DNA from: Schizochytrium sp. TIO01
Lineage: Eukaryota > Protista > Bigyra: Labyrinthulomycetes
DNA length: 64,000 bases
Direction of reading: 5' to 3'
Assembly: GCA_004764695.1 (NCBI GenBank)
Contig: SMSO01000034.1
Location: 1,116,001 to 1,180,000, forward strand
The notes under the pieces were generated by a model. That model saw only the letters and a list, made by a program, of their open reading frames with translations, had not been told where the DNA came from and did not search any database. Position numbers and translations under genes: made by a program. Shown piece after piece: positions 1 to 11,927 of this stretch (within the stretch, counting starts at the first letter, position 1; every line of letters starts with the position of its first letter).

Positions 1-1019
1 TGTGTCAGGCGCGACATGCCCTTATGTAAAAACAATCTTAGTCTACCTCCTACTATCTTGCATCATTGTCAGATGCGATACAACGAGGCTGCAAATCTTA
101 TAAATCATTTAATTACAACTCTACTGTTCCTGACAGTTTCTACCAGTTAGTGGTTGACCCTTGTAGCTTATTTGCACAGACTGTAGGTGGCGCGGCTTGT
201 CATCAGTGAGAGTGAGCGGATCAATGCCTCTCAATACTGATGAGACGTTTTATTTCAAACAAATGAAATCAATCTCTGTGATACCAACATATTTAATCAG
301 ACAATTTTAATGACAGCGAAGAAGAAACAGTTGGATTTTTGAGGTATGATTGATACATTTTATTTAATCAATTATTTCGGTATGGACGCTGTTATGGGGT
401 GCATCAGGGTTGTACAACGCTCAAAACAATCTGCTGGTTTAACACCAAATCAATGTTAATGCTGAGTGGGGCCATCGCTGAGATAAATTCAACTCTGGGA
501 GCCTTGGCTCCCGTGGTTGTAGCTGACAATGTTTAGAATATTCTTGGCTCTATGATAGATCCAAAAACTTGATAATACTACAATGATTATAGTTGCAGCT
601 TCTGACTCAATTTAATCATTGTGTGTGGATATAATTAGATAGTGACTAACTACAATCCTCCGGCGAAACAATTCAATCTACGCCCCTCTTAGATTCTTAA
701 AAAGTTTCCTTGACCCTGTAACGTTAGGGAGACTGCTCGAGTCACAAAGATGCACGCTATATTGAGAAAGACATAATTTAAAACTAAATGGCAAAAAAGT
801 TCTCTTTCCTTTTTATTTGAGAATAAACGTAATCGGAGGTCAAGCGCTTGGTGAGCTCCCTGCACCACAGTGCCTCTAAAGGGTTTGATTTAATTGCCGT
901 GGCGCTCAGGAATCTGATTGTATAGTTGCTGGGTGATGCTGGGTGAATGTTGAATGTGTTTATGTAAAGGTCGCGAGCCCAGGCAGTGGAGGCAAGCAAC
1001 AAGACTCTATGTCATCATC

Positions 1020-1613
1020 TTATTTCTTCACCAGCTGGTACCAGGAAATCTCCGTGACCTTATGAAGTGTGATGACAATAGAGTCCGGCTTGCACTTGTG
1101 CGAAACCTTGCTAATCTCACTATGCAGCTTGGGCAACATGAGTTCGTAGTCCTTGCCGTCATCCATATTTTTCAAGTTGATGGTCAGAGACGTTTCGGAC
1201 CAGTCGAGATCCACATTGTCGTCAGAAGGCTCAGCTCCGGTAAGAAGATCATCCGTCGGCACGTAAACCTTGACAGTCTTCTTGCCATCAGCCCAGCTGT
1301 AGCGCTTAATAACGTTTTTCAGCTTTTTGACAGGTACCTCGTCTACGGCCTGGCTAGGGTCAATACGGGGCGGTTCGCCGCCGTAGTTCTTGACAGTCTC
1401 GCGAGACGAAGCGTGAGCGTAGTAGTAAGCGTTCTGACCCTTGCGGCGGATGTTCTCCTGGAGGGCATTCTTTGCAGGGCTGTCGTCCTCCTCCTCATCT
1501 GCGGCAGAAGAAGTGCCCGCAACAGCGTCATCGCCAGTGTCCTCCACGGAAAGGGACGCGAGGTCCTCGCCCGAGAGCGTGGATTCAGCAGCGTTACTCT
1601 CGACCTCCGACAT
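1020..1613 (-). CDS. CS (p23/SGT1/CacyBP-like) domain co-chaperone protein, 197 aa
   Basis: Acidic N-terminus and an RKGQNAYYYAH motif, then a CS-fold pattern: IKRYSWADGKKTVKVYV...LTINL...YELMLPKLHSEI...KPDSIVITLHK...W..L. Confidence 0.8.
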   Translation of the reverse strand: MSEVESNAAESTLSGEDLASLSVEDTGDDAVAGTSSAADEEEDDSPAKNALQENIRRKGQNAYYYAHASSRETVKNYGGEPPRIDPSQAVDEVPVKKLKNVIKRYSWADGKKTVKVYVPTDDLLTGAEPSDDNVDLDWSETSLTINLKNMDDGKDYELMLPKLHSEISKVSHKCKPDSIVITLHKVTEISWYQLVKK

Positions 1614-2720
1614 CGTGTCTGCAGCCGCCAGATCACACTACAAACAAGCCAACAAGAGTGCCAAAGGACGTTAACGCAATTCCGCCTTGGTTGCTGTGAT
1701 TTGTCTTTATGAATATATCACAAACAGAAAGAATAATGTTAAGCACTCAAGGAGTCTCGCTGCGCAACCCTTTTTCTCAGGACTTCTTCTGGAACGCAAT
1801 ATTGGCCTTAAACAGAGACTTTTTGTCGATTATTAATATGGTAATGAGTTGAGCTTTAAGGAGGGTTATAATAACTCGAAGCACGCCTTCGCTAAAGACT
1901 GAGTCCAAGCTGAAGAACGCGAATTAAGATTTGAGGCTTCTGCAAATGTGAAACGAGATTGCTTTCTTGGAGAGACACGCGCTTCAGATTTACATGGATG
2001 AAAAGAGAACTGTGAATAATGGGACTAACAGGAGAAAACAGTTATGGTCAGTAATATTCACTTCTAAGCTAATTTATTTTATAGATCACGCCTGAAAGAC
2101 GTTAAACGTGCATCAAAACGTGACCTATAACCAAAAATCATTGAAGACGTGTTTAGAAAGCTCAAGCTTATCATGCGGATGTAGGAAGGAGTGTGCAGTA
2201 TTGCACTTTAAGTTTGTGGGTATAATTCACATTGATGCAATGGATAGGGTGGTACAACCTGGTCTAATTCACTAAATAGAACATCAGCGACAACATAGGC
2301 TGTGACACGGCGAGGTCATCTACACTCTCGCTCACCAATTATCGTTGAAGCCTGTGAGTAGATCTGCAGAACGTTGTTGATGAAAAATTTAACATGAATT
2401 GCTGAATTCCTTGACCTCTTGGATCCTGCATATTGAAAGTCCTGAAGAACTTTGCTAATGCCTCTTAGCTGAGTCGTAATAGATGCTGTAATATCTTATA
2501 TTGTGCAGAACTTTATGGTAGGAAGAGGTGTACATAGTGGACCAACTTCACACGCAAACCTCTACAACGGCCGCTCAAGTCTCAAGCACTACGGGCGACG
2601 AGTACCTAATTTGAGGAGGCTGAGGACTCTAATAGTATTCTTCTCTTGCGACTCTCAGCTCAAGTGAAACTCTTTGCGGGAGTTGTTTGTTTCGGACGTA
2701 CATTTAACGACCGCTAGAAA

Positions 2721-3401
2721 ATGGGCGCAGGCAAGAAGACACTCTTGTCCAAGTTGGCTCTCGTTGCCTTCGCGGCATTGCTGTCGGCAGTACAGATTGT
2801 CAGCACAACTGCCGCTGAAAGCCTGGTGCAATCTCTGTCACAACGTGATTTTGATACTAAAGTCACTCAGGGCGACAAGACCTGGCTCGTGGAGTTCTAT
2901 GCGCCTTGGTGTGGTCACTGCCGTCGCCTCGAGCCCATCTACGAAAAGACTGCCGAGGCACTTCAAGGTGAAGTTCACGTAGCCAAGGTTGATGGACCTG
3001 ATAACATGGCACTTATGATGCGTTTTGGAATCTCTGGCTTCCCGACTATTTTTGCTGTGAAGGAGAAGAAGGCCTACATGTACCGCGGCTCCAGAACTAA
3101 GGAAATGCTCGAGAAGTTCGCAATGAATCCTGAACAGTATGGCGAGGCCCTCTCATCATTTGCAAGTGATCCATTTGGCCCGGTCGGCCGTGCCAAGGCC
3201 GCTGTGGCATCGCTGGGATTTAGCGTTATTGATGCACATGACTTTGTACAGAAAGAGCTCCACGTCTCCAACTCTGTGGCATGGTTTATTATAGCCTTCA
3301 TGGGTGTTGTGACTATGGTCAGCATCTTCTCTATCCTGCTGCTACGCTTTGGAGGTGTCGATGCAGAGCCTGCACCGCAGCCGCGCCCTCATGCAGATTA
3401 A
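2721..3401 (+). CDS. Membrane-anchored thioredoxin / PDI-family protein (TMX-like), 226 aa
   Basis: N-terminal signal peptide, active site WLVEFYAPWCGHC, cis-Pro loop FGISGFPTI, YRGSRT, and a C-terminal hydrophobic TM helix (VAWFIIAFMGVVTMVSIFSILLL). Confidence 0.92.
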   Translation: MGAGKKTLLSKLALVAFAALLSAVQIVSTTAAESLVQSLSQRDFDTKVTQGDKTWLVEFYAPWCGHCRRLEPIYEKTAEALQGEVHVAKVDGPDNMALMMRFGISGFPTIFAVKEKKAYMYRGSRTKEMLEKFAMNPEQYGEALSSFASDPFGPVGRAKAAVASLGFSVIDAHDFVQKELHVSNSVAWFIIAFMGVVTMVSIFSILLLRFGGVDAEPAPQPRPHAD

Positions 3402-5085
3402 ATTAGAAAGGAAATAAAATGAATATCACGATGAAACAAAATTAACCTACTTAGATCCATGCGAATACTTTTTCAAGTTTACACATACATATCGATTTTT
3501 CTGCCTGGTGAAAATCGTATCAATTAACGAAGTGTTGGCTACGTGTAAGTCGCAAAACCGTTCGACAATATGACCATCAAAGATAAATACAAGTAAATAT
3601 ATCATAGGTGGCTAGTTGCCTGCATCATAATCGAATAGAAATCGAATGAAAAGCACAAATTTACAAGAGTTTTATGTATGTTATTTGAGCGCAATTGTTT
3701 GGTTGCTGGCCGATCTGAATTAAGCTTCATTTCTGTTTCCTTCCTCCCATTTTCTCATTTTCTTGAACTTCATGAATTTAATCTATCCTAACGCTATCTA
3801 CAATGCGAATCAACCTTTGCAATATGTACCCACAGCAGGTTTCGCCCCAGCCTCACCAGGTTATTTAGTAGGTTAAAGCAGGGCTTTAAGTGTAGGTGGG
3901 ATAGAGATCTCGTTGGCGTGCAGCTTTTACAGCCATGATATGCCTCTTTCCCCACACCCTGAGCTCGCTCAACCTATCTTTGGTTCTTTATCTCATCCCT
4001 TCATCTTTACTCTTAGTAGATAGATACCCAACACATAGGTTAGTGTTTCTTTTCGCTGTCTTCTTGCCACACCTGAGCTTCAAGTTCATCTTAGAATTAA
4101 CTCAATAATGGCTTTTGCAATCAAATACCTTTCCGGCGTTGCTGATCACCCAAATCTGCAGGCGTTCAAGAAAAGACGCGGTGGCCTATCCGACCTCCCT
4201 TGAAAGCACGGAGCGAGAGAACAGACATGTTTTCAGCCGAGCAATCTCGTGGCAGCTGAGCCCAAGAGATAATAAACCTCAAAAGTAGGTACCTATAGCA
4301 TTTCTGACACTCCACTTAAAGCCTAACTAATCGTATTTTGGAGTCATCATTCATGATAGCAACAATTCTATTTCATAATTAAAAATTTATTGAAAAAAAG
4401 AAAAGAGAAAAGAAGGAGCGTGCATCGCCAACGAATTAGTTAGTCAATGAACAAATTGAACTTCTGCTGTGGATGCTTGGGCCCAGGTTGAGCCGAGTGT
4501 TTATCTAGAACCAATGCAAGATTCAATCGGAGCTCATGAGGATGATGGCGAGTGGATGCATATGAAAAAAGAATTCGAAGTAACTGGGCAAATTCAAGGC
4601 AAGAGCACAGGTATGCAATTGTTTTCTACAGAGAATTGAGAACTCAGAAACGGAGAAATGTTTACTTTTTTCTTTTCTTTGTACTTTTTTTCTACTTGTA
4701 CTATACAGCGGGTAGGAAGTGCTAGCGAGGTGGGGAAAGAAAAAGATAAGAAAGGAAGTTGATTGAAAGGAAATAGCGAACAAAAGAAACGAAACGATGA
4801 CAATGACAATAAAAAAGATGCTAATCCAGTTTCGTTTTGCCGTGTCGAATTGCTCACGACAAGAGGCGAAAGCGTCGGCGGTGGTACCGCTGCTAGCTCG
4901 GCGGCATTGGCAGCGGCAGCAGTGGTATAGACTTGGATTTAAAACTTGTGCGAGAGACAAACCTAGGTTGCAAGAAAGGAGTAGCGCAGTTTTTGCCTGT
5001 GCAAGGTAGTCAAAAGCACGTTTAAAGGCGCTGCGCGCTTCTGCTGCGTTGAAAAGTAGTTCTTTGGCGTTCAAAGTGGCTCAGG

Positions 5086-6867
5086 ATGGGCTGCACGAGT
5101 TCTTCGCAGCTTGACAATGTCGGCAAGAGGCCAGCTGCATTTGATGCCGCATCAAATTTGCCCAAAGTGGAAATCTTCATGGCGGTGAACCCCGGATCGG
5201 GTGGCCTCGTGTCGAAGCAGCTGCTCGATATGAACGTACCACGTTTCGAGATGGAGCTCTCTAAAGGAAGGCCCTGTATGGTAACAATTTTTAGCTTAAA
5301 GGACAACCAAGCTCGCGAGGAACGCTTTGAGCAGATGTCTACACTTTCAAAGGACAATGGTAACTACGATGTGCGTGTAGTGGCGTGTGGCGGCGATGGC
5401 ACTGTAAAATGGGTCATCTCCTGCCTTGCCAAGGTAGACGCCCTCAACATCCCCATTGCAATCATTCCATTTGGCACGGGCAATGACCTGGCCCGGTGTC
5501 TTGGTTGGGGTGCGTCTCCGCCGAGCCCGTTGATTGGTGAGGGTATGTCTGCCCTGACCGATCGTATTCGCATGATCTACAATGCTGAGGAAATCCCGTT
5601 GGATGTCTGGCTCATCAATGTTCGTCTCGCTGAGGGTAATACTGCCTATTTTGAAGAAGTGAAAGACCGCAAGGTGGTGAAATCTCACGAGGGCGAGCGC
5701 GAGCTCGAGGAAGTCATGATTAACTACTTCTCTATCGGTGCGGACGGGCAGCTTATGTTTGCTTTTGAACAAAATCGCCGCAAGTCCCAGTTTGCCAATA
5801 AGCGCGTATATGTCCGTAAAGGCATTGGACAGGCCATCGCCCCGCCTAAACGTCTTTCTAAATTTGTTGACAGTGCTGTGTGCGGACCCGGTGCTCTTGT
5901 TGCTGCAGGGCATTCTCCTCTTGCCGATGCTGCAAACCCATCACCGCTGGAGTTCAATGGCCAGGACCGCATGCTTCTCTTCTTGAACATTCCCAGCTAT
6001 GGTGCAGGCGCTGACCCATGGCACCGTGCAAAGGATGAACGGCAAAAGGGAAAGTTCCATCCCCAATATGTAGGTGACAAGGAAGTTGAAGTGCTTACTG
6101 TTAATCGGACCTCTGATATTGGTCTCTCCCTTACAACAGGCTCAACGCTTGGATTACATCGTCTTCGGCAAGGTAATGAATTCTTTATTCGTTTTCATGC
6201 TGGCTCTAATGTTTACTTTCAAATTGACGGAGAAGCTCTCAAAGCAAATAATGCTGAGTCTGTTTCTGTAACTCATGGATATCAGGTTCGTTTGCTTCGC
6301 GCCAAATCTGCAAAGGCAATTGCTTTGCCTCCAGGATTCAAGCCGCAATCGTCTGTGCCCTCACTTCGCGACATCAAGAGTAGTTTGGTGGATAAGGATG
6401 CCCCTAGTGTTCTTGATTCGAAGGATGAAGGTGCTGTTCGTGTCGCAGATGCCGAGGTAGAGGAGAAACTTAGAGAGGAGGAGGCACATTTACAGGCCAT
6501 CAGCACTGAGGTAGCAACCGATCTCAAAGATGCTACAATGGAAGAAACTTCAGCTCAAAATAACAGTGTTAATACCATTGCATCTGTACCTCAAGATGCT
6601 GAGAAGGCACCAGGCATCTTGGAAGCTGTTATCCCGACTCAAGATACAATTACAACGGAGGTAGTTTCTGATGCCGATGTGGAGATCGCAACTAACAAGG
6701 GTAAGCCTGAAGAAGAAGATTTGACTGATACTGAGGAGACTGAGGAAGGGGATACGAATGATGGAGAAGCTGTTTCTGCACCCAGAGAGAGCGATTTAAG
6801 TCAATCATCCAAAGAAAAGGCTGTTGATGAGAGTGCGCGGAGGGATCTAGCACCAGCTCTTTCATAG
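5086..6867 (+). CDS. DGK: Diacylglycerol kinase (catalytic + accessory domains, no C1 domains) with acidic disordered tail, 593 aa
   Basis: Motifs [45 protein letters not shown] and FQIDGE. The N-terminus is MGCTSS. Confidence 0.93.
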   Translation: MGCTSSSQLDNVGKRPAAFDAASNLPKVEIFMAVNPGSGGLVSKQLLDMNVPRFEMELSKGRPCMVTIFSLKDNQAREERFEQMSTLSKDNGNYDVRVVACGGDGTVKWVISCLAKVDALNIPIAIIPFGTGNDLARCLGWGASPPSPLIGEGMSALTDRIRMIYNAEEIPLDVWLINVRLAEGNTAYFEEVKDRKVVKSHEGERELEEVMINYFSIGADGQLMFAFEQNRRKSQFANKRVYVRKGIGQAIAPPKRLSKFVDSAVCGPGALVAAGHSPLADAANPSPLEFNGQDRMLLFLNIPSYGAGADPWHRAKDERQKGKFHPQYVGDKEVEVLTVNRTSDIGLSLTTGSTLGLHRLRQGNEFFIRFHAGSNVYFQIDGEALKANNAESVSVTHGYQVRLLRAKSAKAIALPPGFKPQSSVPSLRDIKSSLVDKDAPSVLDSKDEGAVRVADAEVEEKLREEEAHLQAISTEVATDLKDATMEETSAQNNSVNTIASVPQDAEKAPGILEAVIPTQDTITTEVVSDADVEIATNKGKPEEEDLTDTEETEEGDTNDGEAVSAPRESDLSQSSKEKAVDESARRDLAPALS

Positions 6868-7271
6868 AAATGTGCAACTGCAAGTTGAATAAATAGAATA
6901 GGACCTCTTCTCCATTTAGTTGGTGGGCAACTCTAAGAGGATAGATGCTACACTTTAGAAAAATAAACGCTCAAACAGTTATATATTTCATCGTTTGTTT
7001 CTGACTATGATTTAGTATTGCACTGCTCTCTTATCTATCTATTTACTTTTATAGCAGTAGCATGGTAGCAGCAGCATGGTGCATTGCCTGATCCTAGCAT
7101 AATACTGGCGAAAAGAAGAGAGCAATGTGAGGTTTAGACAGGTGCTTTACTCAACCCTGCGTAAGGCTTGGACAGGAGACTGAATTTTGTAGATGTCCAT
7201 TATTGAAAGCAACTTCGAAGCTCGTGCTCTAAAAGTATATCCTCTCCCAAGATCGAGAATGAGGCGTGCTA

Positions 7272-8195
7272 TTACTTGAAAAGCTTCATCTTGAACTTAA
7301 ACTTGTGACGTTTGTGCTTGTGCTTCATGGGCTTGGGGTGCTTATGCTTGACGTAAGTCGTAGTGTGGTGCACATTCGGGACATAGACGACTTGAGGTTG
7401 TTGCTGCACATATACCGGCTGCGGAGGAGGCGGTCCCTGGAGATGATGATGGTGATGGTGACTCACGTGTGTGTTATGCTGTTCATAGTGCGACGAGCTG
7501 TGCTGAGGCGCATATACCTGATGAACCGGCGGTGGTGGAGCGTATGCATGAACAGAGGCTTGAGGCGGTGGGGGAGGAGGAGGTGGTGTAGGTGTAGGGT
7601 TGTATCCATATGGGTGCGACATCTGCTGTGGCCTCGAGTTTGATGCAACCGGAGGCATTGGTGGCATCGAAGGGGGGGTCATTGCGAATTTTGATCGGGA
7701 ATTTGAGGCTTGGGAAGACGGGGGAGGGGGAGGAGGAGGTGGGGGCGGTGAAGGAGCACTCGGAGCAACAGGAGCAGAGGGTCTCGAAGCGTAACCATAA
7801 TCCTGAGCAGCAGGCGGTGCAGAGGGCTCTGGAATTGCAGAGGGATACATTGAAGACTGGTAAGGGTTCATGGATGAAGCTGCAGAGCTTGAGACATTTG
7901 CGTACGGCACTCGCGGGGTGAGGTCCTGAGATTCTGCGAATTGTACAGGCTGCTCATTAGCCTGGCGGAACATTTGTTTCCCGAGGGACTCAAGATGCTT
8001 CACGCGAGAGGGATCAAGCTTGCTGGGTGGAGCGGACGCTGCTGACGAGGAGGTGCTTGAAGAGTTGGACACATAGCTTGGCTGAGGAGGGGGCTTCGGC
8101 ACCGATGCCGATGCCGATGCCGATGAGGTGGGTGTTGGCAGCGACGGGTTCCAGGTACCGCGGTATCGCGGCTCAGATGCCTGCTGAGACGACAT
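7272..8195 (-). CDS. Pro/Ser/His-rich low-complexity protein with N-terminal RYRGTWNPS motif and basic KH/KF-rich C-terminus, ~307 aa
   Basis: Long GC-rich ORF with first ATG at 8195 (MSSQQASEPRYRGTWNPS), poly-Pro runs and a His run. It ends KHKHPKPMKHKHKRHKFKFKMKLFK. The N-terminal motif is shared with the 11049-11927 ORF. Confidence 0.75.
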   Translation of the reverse strand: MSSQQASEPRYRGTWNPSLPTPTSSASASASVPKPPPQPSYVSNSSSTSSSAASAPPSKLDPSRVKHLESLGKQMFRQANEQPVQFAESQDLTPRVPYANVSSSAASSMNPYQSSMYPSAIPEPSAPPAAQDYGYASRPSAPVAPSAPSPPPPPPPPPPSSQASNSRSKFAMTPPSMPPMPPVASNSRPQQMSHPYGYNPTPTPPPPPPPPQASVHAYAPPPPVHQVYAPQHSSSHYEQHNTHVSHHHHHHLQGPPPPQPVYVQQQPQVVYVPNVHHTTTYVKHKHPKPMKHKHKRHKFKFKMKLFK

Positions 8196-11048
8196 CGCCG
8201 TGCAGGGCAAGAGAGCCGCCCGGGAGGAGCGACCGGGCAGAAGCTAAGCGAGGAAGGCACGGGCTCGCTCCAAGAGCCCGTATTTCCGAACTGCTAATGC
8301 AATGAAAACTCTGACTGACCGCCAAAATAGAAAAAGATATTAGGTAATAGGTACCTACAATACTTTTAGGCTATCGTGTCTTTGTTTTTGTTTGTTCTCT
8401 TTATCCTCTCTACCTCAGTAGCACTGGTATAGATAGATAGGCACTGCATAATTGCCTCTCAGAAAGATACGAAACTACTAGGCACACTACACTCTACTTA
8501 GAACTATAGCACTTCTTTCTGTAGACATTGTAAAGAGAAAGCCTAAAAGAAGAGAGAGAGAAGAAAAAAGAAAAAAGCTAAAGTCGATGAACTTAAATTT
8601 AAAAATAAATTAAAAATTACATTCTGAAAATGACTTGAATGCCATGTAACTTTATTATTTATTTTGTTAATTAAATTTATTTATTTGATTAAAAAAAAGA
8701 AAAAAAAAAGTTATTCATAAATAGAAAGGATGAAATGCAAATAAGACTCGCAACAGCTGAGGAATCAGGCTATATCTGCTCAGGTGGAAATGATCGCTTG
8801 CGCAGAGGTCACTAGAGCCAAGCCAACTGAACGCTCGCTCATCTCAGTCTGACCCGGCGTGGACAGAGCGTTTCTAAGGAATTCCTTTGGCTGGCTAGCT
8901 GTCGTCAGGTTGCGCAGATCTCGCAGTTCATTCATTTCTCTGTGTTTTAGATAGAATCAATTCCTCAGGAATTGCACAAGCAGAGGAACCTCTGTAGAGG
9001 TACGTGCTCTCTCAGAGCTATCGTTCACTCGCCACGACCTACGTTCGCAAATCCACGCTAGCCAACCCACATATCGCAGCCAAGACTACTCCAGTCTGCA
9101 CTATGCTCGCCCGGGCTCGCAGTACCTAGTCCGCGAGAGTACCTTTTCTTGACGAGACGAGACGAGACGAGACTAAGCCTGCCATGGATGGCGCTTGTTC
9201 TTGTTCTGTCGCTTGCTTGCTTTCTCACGCACGTCAAGGCGCATGCCGCCATCAGCAGTGCCTACTTTCTGCAGCTCCCGCCCACTGTCTCTCTGGCCAG
9301 CCTGGAGGTCCTGCAGCAGTCGTCGAGTCAGCCGCACCGCTTGGACCGTCTGCCGTTCTCTTGCCTCGTCTGACTCAGCTTGTCTTGCGACAATCGTTGT
9401 TGGAATTGAGAACCTTTGTTGGCATCGTGGTCCTGGCAGTCGTGCAGTTCTGCCCTGCAGAGAGTCCTAGGGAAAAGCATACGAGGCGCGCCTTTCATCC
9501 GTGGTCTACCACTGCTATGTCTCCACACTTTGAAGGCAGGTAATTCTGCGGCACGTGAACAGAAAGAACGGCGCATGGCCATTGCAAAGGCACATTCATT
9601 GCCTCTGCAAAGGCACATTCATTGCCATGGCAAGGTGACTGGGGTTTGGACGCTCGGTGCCTCGAGGACATAATCAGAAGAGAGAAGGCTCAAGTTGCTG
9701 TTGAGTTAACTTTGGGTTCTCATTTGAGTTTATAGTCCGCCCAGCTGCAAAGAACAAGAAAGTAACATTGCGTTACCACGACGGCCTTAGGCTGGGTTTT
9801 GGAATGCGTGTTAATTTGTGATAATAGGTTTGGTGTGAAGGAGCTGTGAGTGAATGCGGCTGAGGTGTAGAATGGTTAAGAGTGGTTGGATGGTCAAATC
9901 AAATGCAGGAAGAGGAGGTGAGACCATCACATACTGTCTGTACAATAGCGTCCACGCGTTGCTGTGCACGTCTTTAACAGAAGATCTAAGTTAGATTGTG
10001 TGCTGATTATCTGTGTTCCGCAAACGATTTCAGGAAGAGGTGAAGAGCTTAGACCTCTGCTGCACCGTGTATTTGAGTAACACAAGCTATTTTTTGTTCT
10101 TTTTTAATATAGATTGAAAATTTTTGTTTTAAAAGTTGAGTCGCCTAATGGTGATTGGTGATTTATTTGAGGTCTTTGTGCGTGAATTTATGCGTTTTCT
10201 TTAAAGCCAACAAAGGTATCAACAGTTTTGCGCGCATGTAGCGCCTCGCTGCTGCTGCAGTTTTCCAAACAGGTAGATAACTTAGTCGATGTGCTGGTAG
10301 CAAGCACAAGCCCAGAATGGATTAACTTGCACCTGCAGCCTCATTGTCAGCCAGAGTCTCTACTTTAATGTACAATGGTTGCGAGGTTCTACCATTCATT
10401 TTTTTATTCTCGAGTCCAGCAAACAAGCGTTCGGTATCACGATCCAAGGGTTTTATTTAACATTAATATCGAACGCGGATCTCAAATGCTTTTGACTCAG
10501 GCAGTGTGATAGGAGATAATGCACGCCATTTTTAGTATGACATTTGTTCTTCATATTGGATTCCTCAAGCTAAACGCGCTATCTGATTCTTGCAATTAAA
10601 ATGTACCTCGGCGGGCAATATATAACAACATGCATTCAAGGAAACAAGAAGGAAACTATGAAAGAGGTGAAGAAGAAAATCTGAAATTAGTGCTAATTAC
10701 AGGATGACTGTGGACCCCTGCCCCGAACGGCTTGCAGAAAGAAGAGAGTTCACGTGGTTCCAACGTGAATAAATCTCCATCGCATTCCTGGGAACCTGAA
10801 GGCCCAATGCAGCGCAATGCAGCGCCGCCTATCAATGCAGAAGTAGTCCAGGTCACGATGCCAAACAGTTAAGTTTCATGCGCTCTTGCTTACTTCAAGC
10901 AGTAGAGTCCCAAGTTCTCGCAAAGCAAGCTCCCGGAGACCTCTGTTGTTGTTGTTGTTGTTGTTGTTGTGTTGTGTACACACGTATTTATGTATGCATG
11001 CTGCACCCAAGCGTCACCAACGAAGTAAGCCATCCATGACATACTTGC

Positions 11049-11927
11049 TTACCAGCCGTGGCCGTGCATGTGGTGACCAAAGCTGTGGCGGTGGTCGGGG
11101 CCTCCGGGGCCTCCGTGGTGGCCTCCGTGGTGGCCGCCGTGGCCTCCGGGGCTACCGCCGGGGCCTCCGGGGCCTCCGTGGCCGTGTCCAGGAGACCCGG
11201 GAGGGTGGTGGTGGCCGTGTCCAGGGGAACCGGGAGGAGGAGGGCCGCCGGGTCCAGGAGAACCGGGAGGAGGGGGTCCTCCAGGTCCTGGGGAACCAGG
11301 GGGAGGGGGTCCCCCGTGACCGTGGCCGTGGTCGGGACCACCGTGGTGAGGACCGTGGCCGTACGGGTTCGCGTAGAAGGCGCTGGGGTGTGCGCTGGGG
11401 TAGTCCTCGCTGCGGTAGTTCTTGGAGACCATGTTGGCGTTTGCGAAGTAGTTGTTCGAGGAGTAGTAGAAGTTGTTGTTCGTGGTGGAGGAGTAGTTGC
11501 TGCTGCTGCTGCTGCTGCTCGAGGCGGGCTCGACGATGCGGACGACCTGGGCGACCTGGAGAGGGGGCGGGCTGCTGCTGCTGCTGCTGCTGCTGCTGTC
11601 GGCGACGCGGGTTTCTTCGCGCACGAGGGTGACGGGGGCGATGGGCGAGACTGCCTCGAGGGAGACCTCCTGCACGCTGGCGACTGCTGCGGCTGCTGCT
11701 GGTGCTGCTGCTGGTGCTGCCGCTGTTTTGGCGATCTGCGCAGACGTTTCGGTTCTGCTGGAGGTGCTGCTGGAGCTGCTCGAGGCCCAGGAAGGCTTGC
11801 TACCTGAGCTCGTAGACGGGGTTGTAGCGCTGTTTACCGGAGCGCCAGTGTACTGGTACACGTTGCTAGCGGTGGGTGAGGCGATGGACGGGGTCCAGGT
11901 CCCTCTGTATCTTTGTTCTGTGGACAT
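11049..11927 (-). CDS. Ser/Ala-rich then Gly/His/Pro-rich low-complexity protein with N-terminal RYRGTWTPS motif, ~292 aa
   Basis: First ATG at 11927 (MSTEQRYRGTWTPS) and strong GC3 codon bias. The C-terminus has GGPPPPGSPG x3 and GGHH repeats. The motif is paralogous with 7272-8195. Confidence 0.78.
   Translation of the reverse strand: MSTEQRYRGTWTPSIASPTASNVYQYTGAPVNSATTPSTSSGSKPSWASSSSSSTSSRTETSAQIAKTAAAPAAAPAAAAAVASVQEVSLEAVSPIAPVTLVREETRVADSSSSSSSSSPPPLQVAQVVRIVEPASSSSSSSSNYSSTTNNNFYYSSNNYFANANMVSKNYRSEDYPSAHPSAFYANPYGHGPHHGGPDHGHGHGGPPPPGSPGPGGPPPPGSPGPGGPPPPGSPGHGHHHPPGSPGHGHGGPGGPGGSPGGHGGHHGGHHGGPGGPDHRHSFGHHMHGHGW
11110..11335 (-). repeat. Coding tandem repeats (33-bp unit encoding GGPPPPGSPGP x~3; GGHH units)
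   Basis: Repeated ccagg(g/a)gaacc(g/a)ggg...gagg units, visible in both DNA and protein. Confidence 0.8.

Noticed and set aside
954-1712. 252-aa plus-strand ORF
   Set aside because: Antisense shadow of the CS-domain gene.
9175-9466. ~97-codon minus-strand open frame with no ATG near its 5' end after an acceptor-like ttttccctag, with a 21-bp direct repeat nearby (9583-9626)
   Set aside because: No recognisable domain and no upstream exon I can justify. It may be UTR.
9720-10010. Faint copia-like fragments (KEL*VNAA, VHVFNRRSKLD)
   Set aside because: Too degenerate to distinguish from chance by eye.
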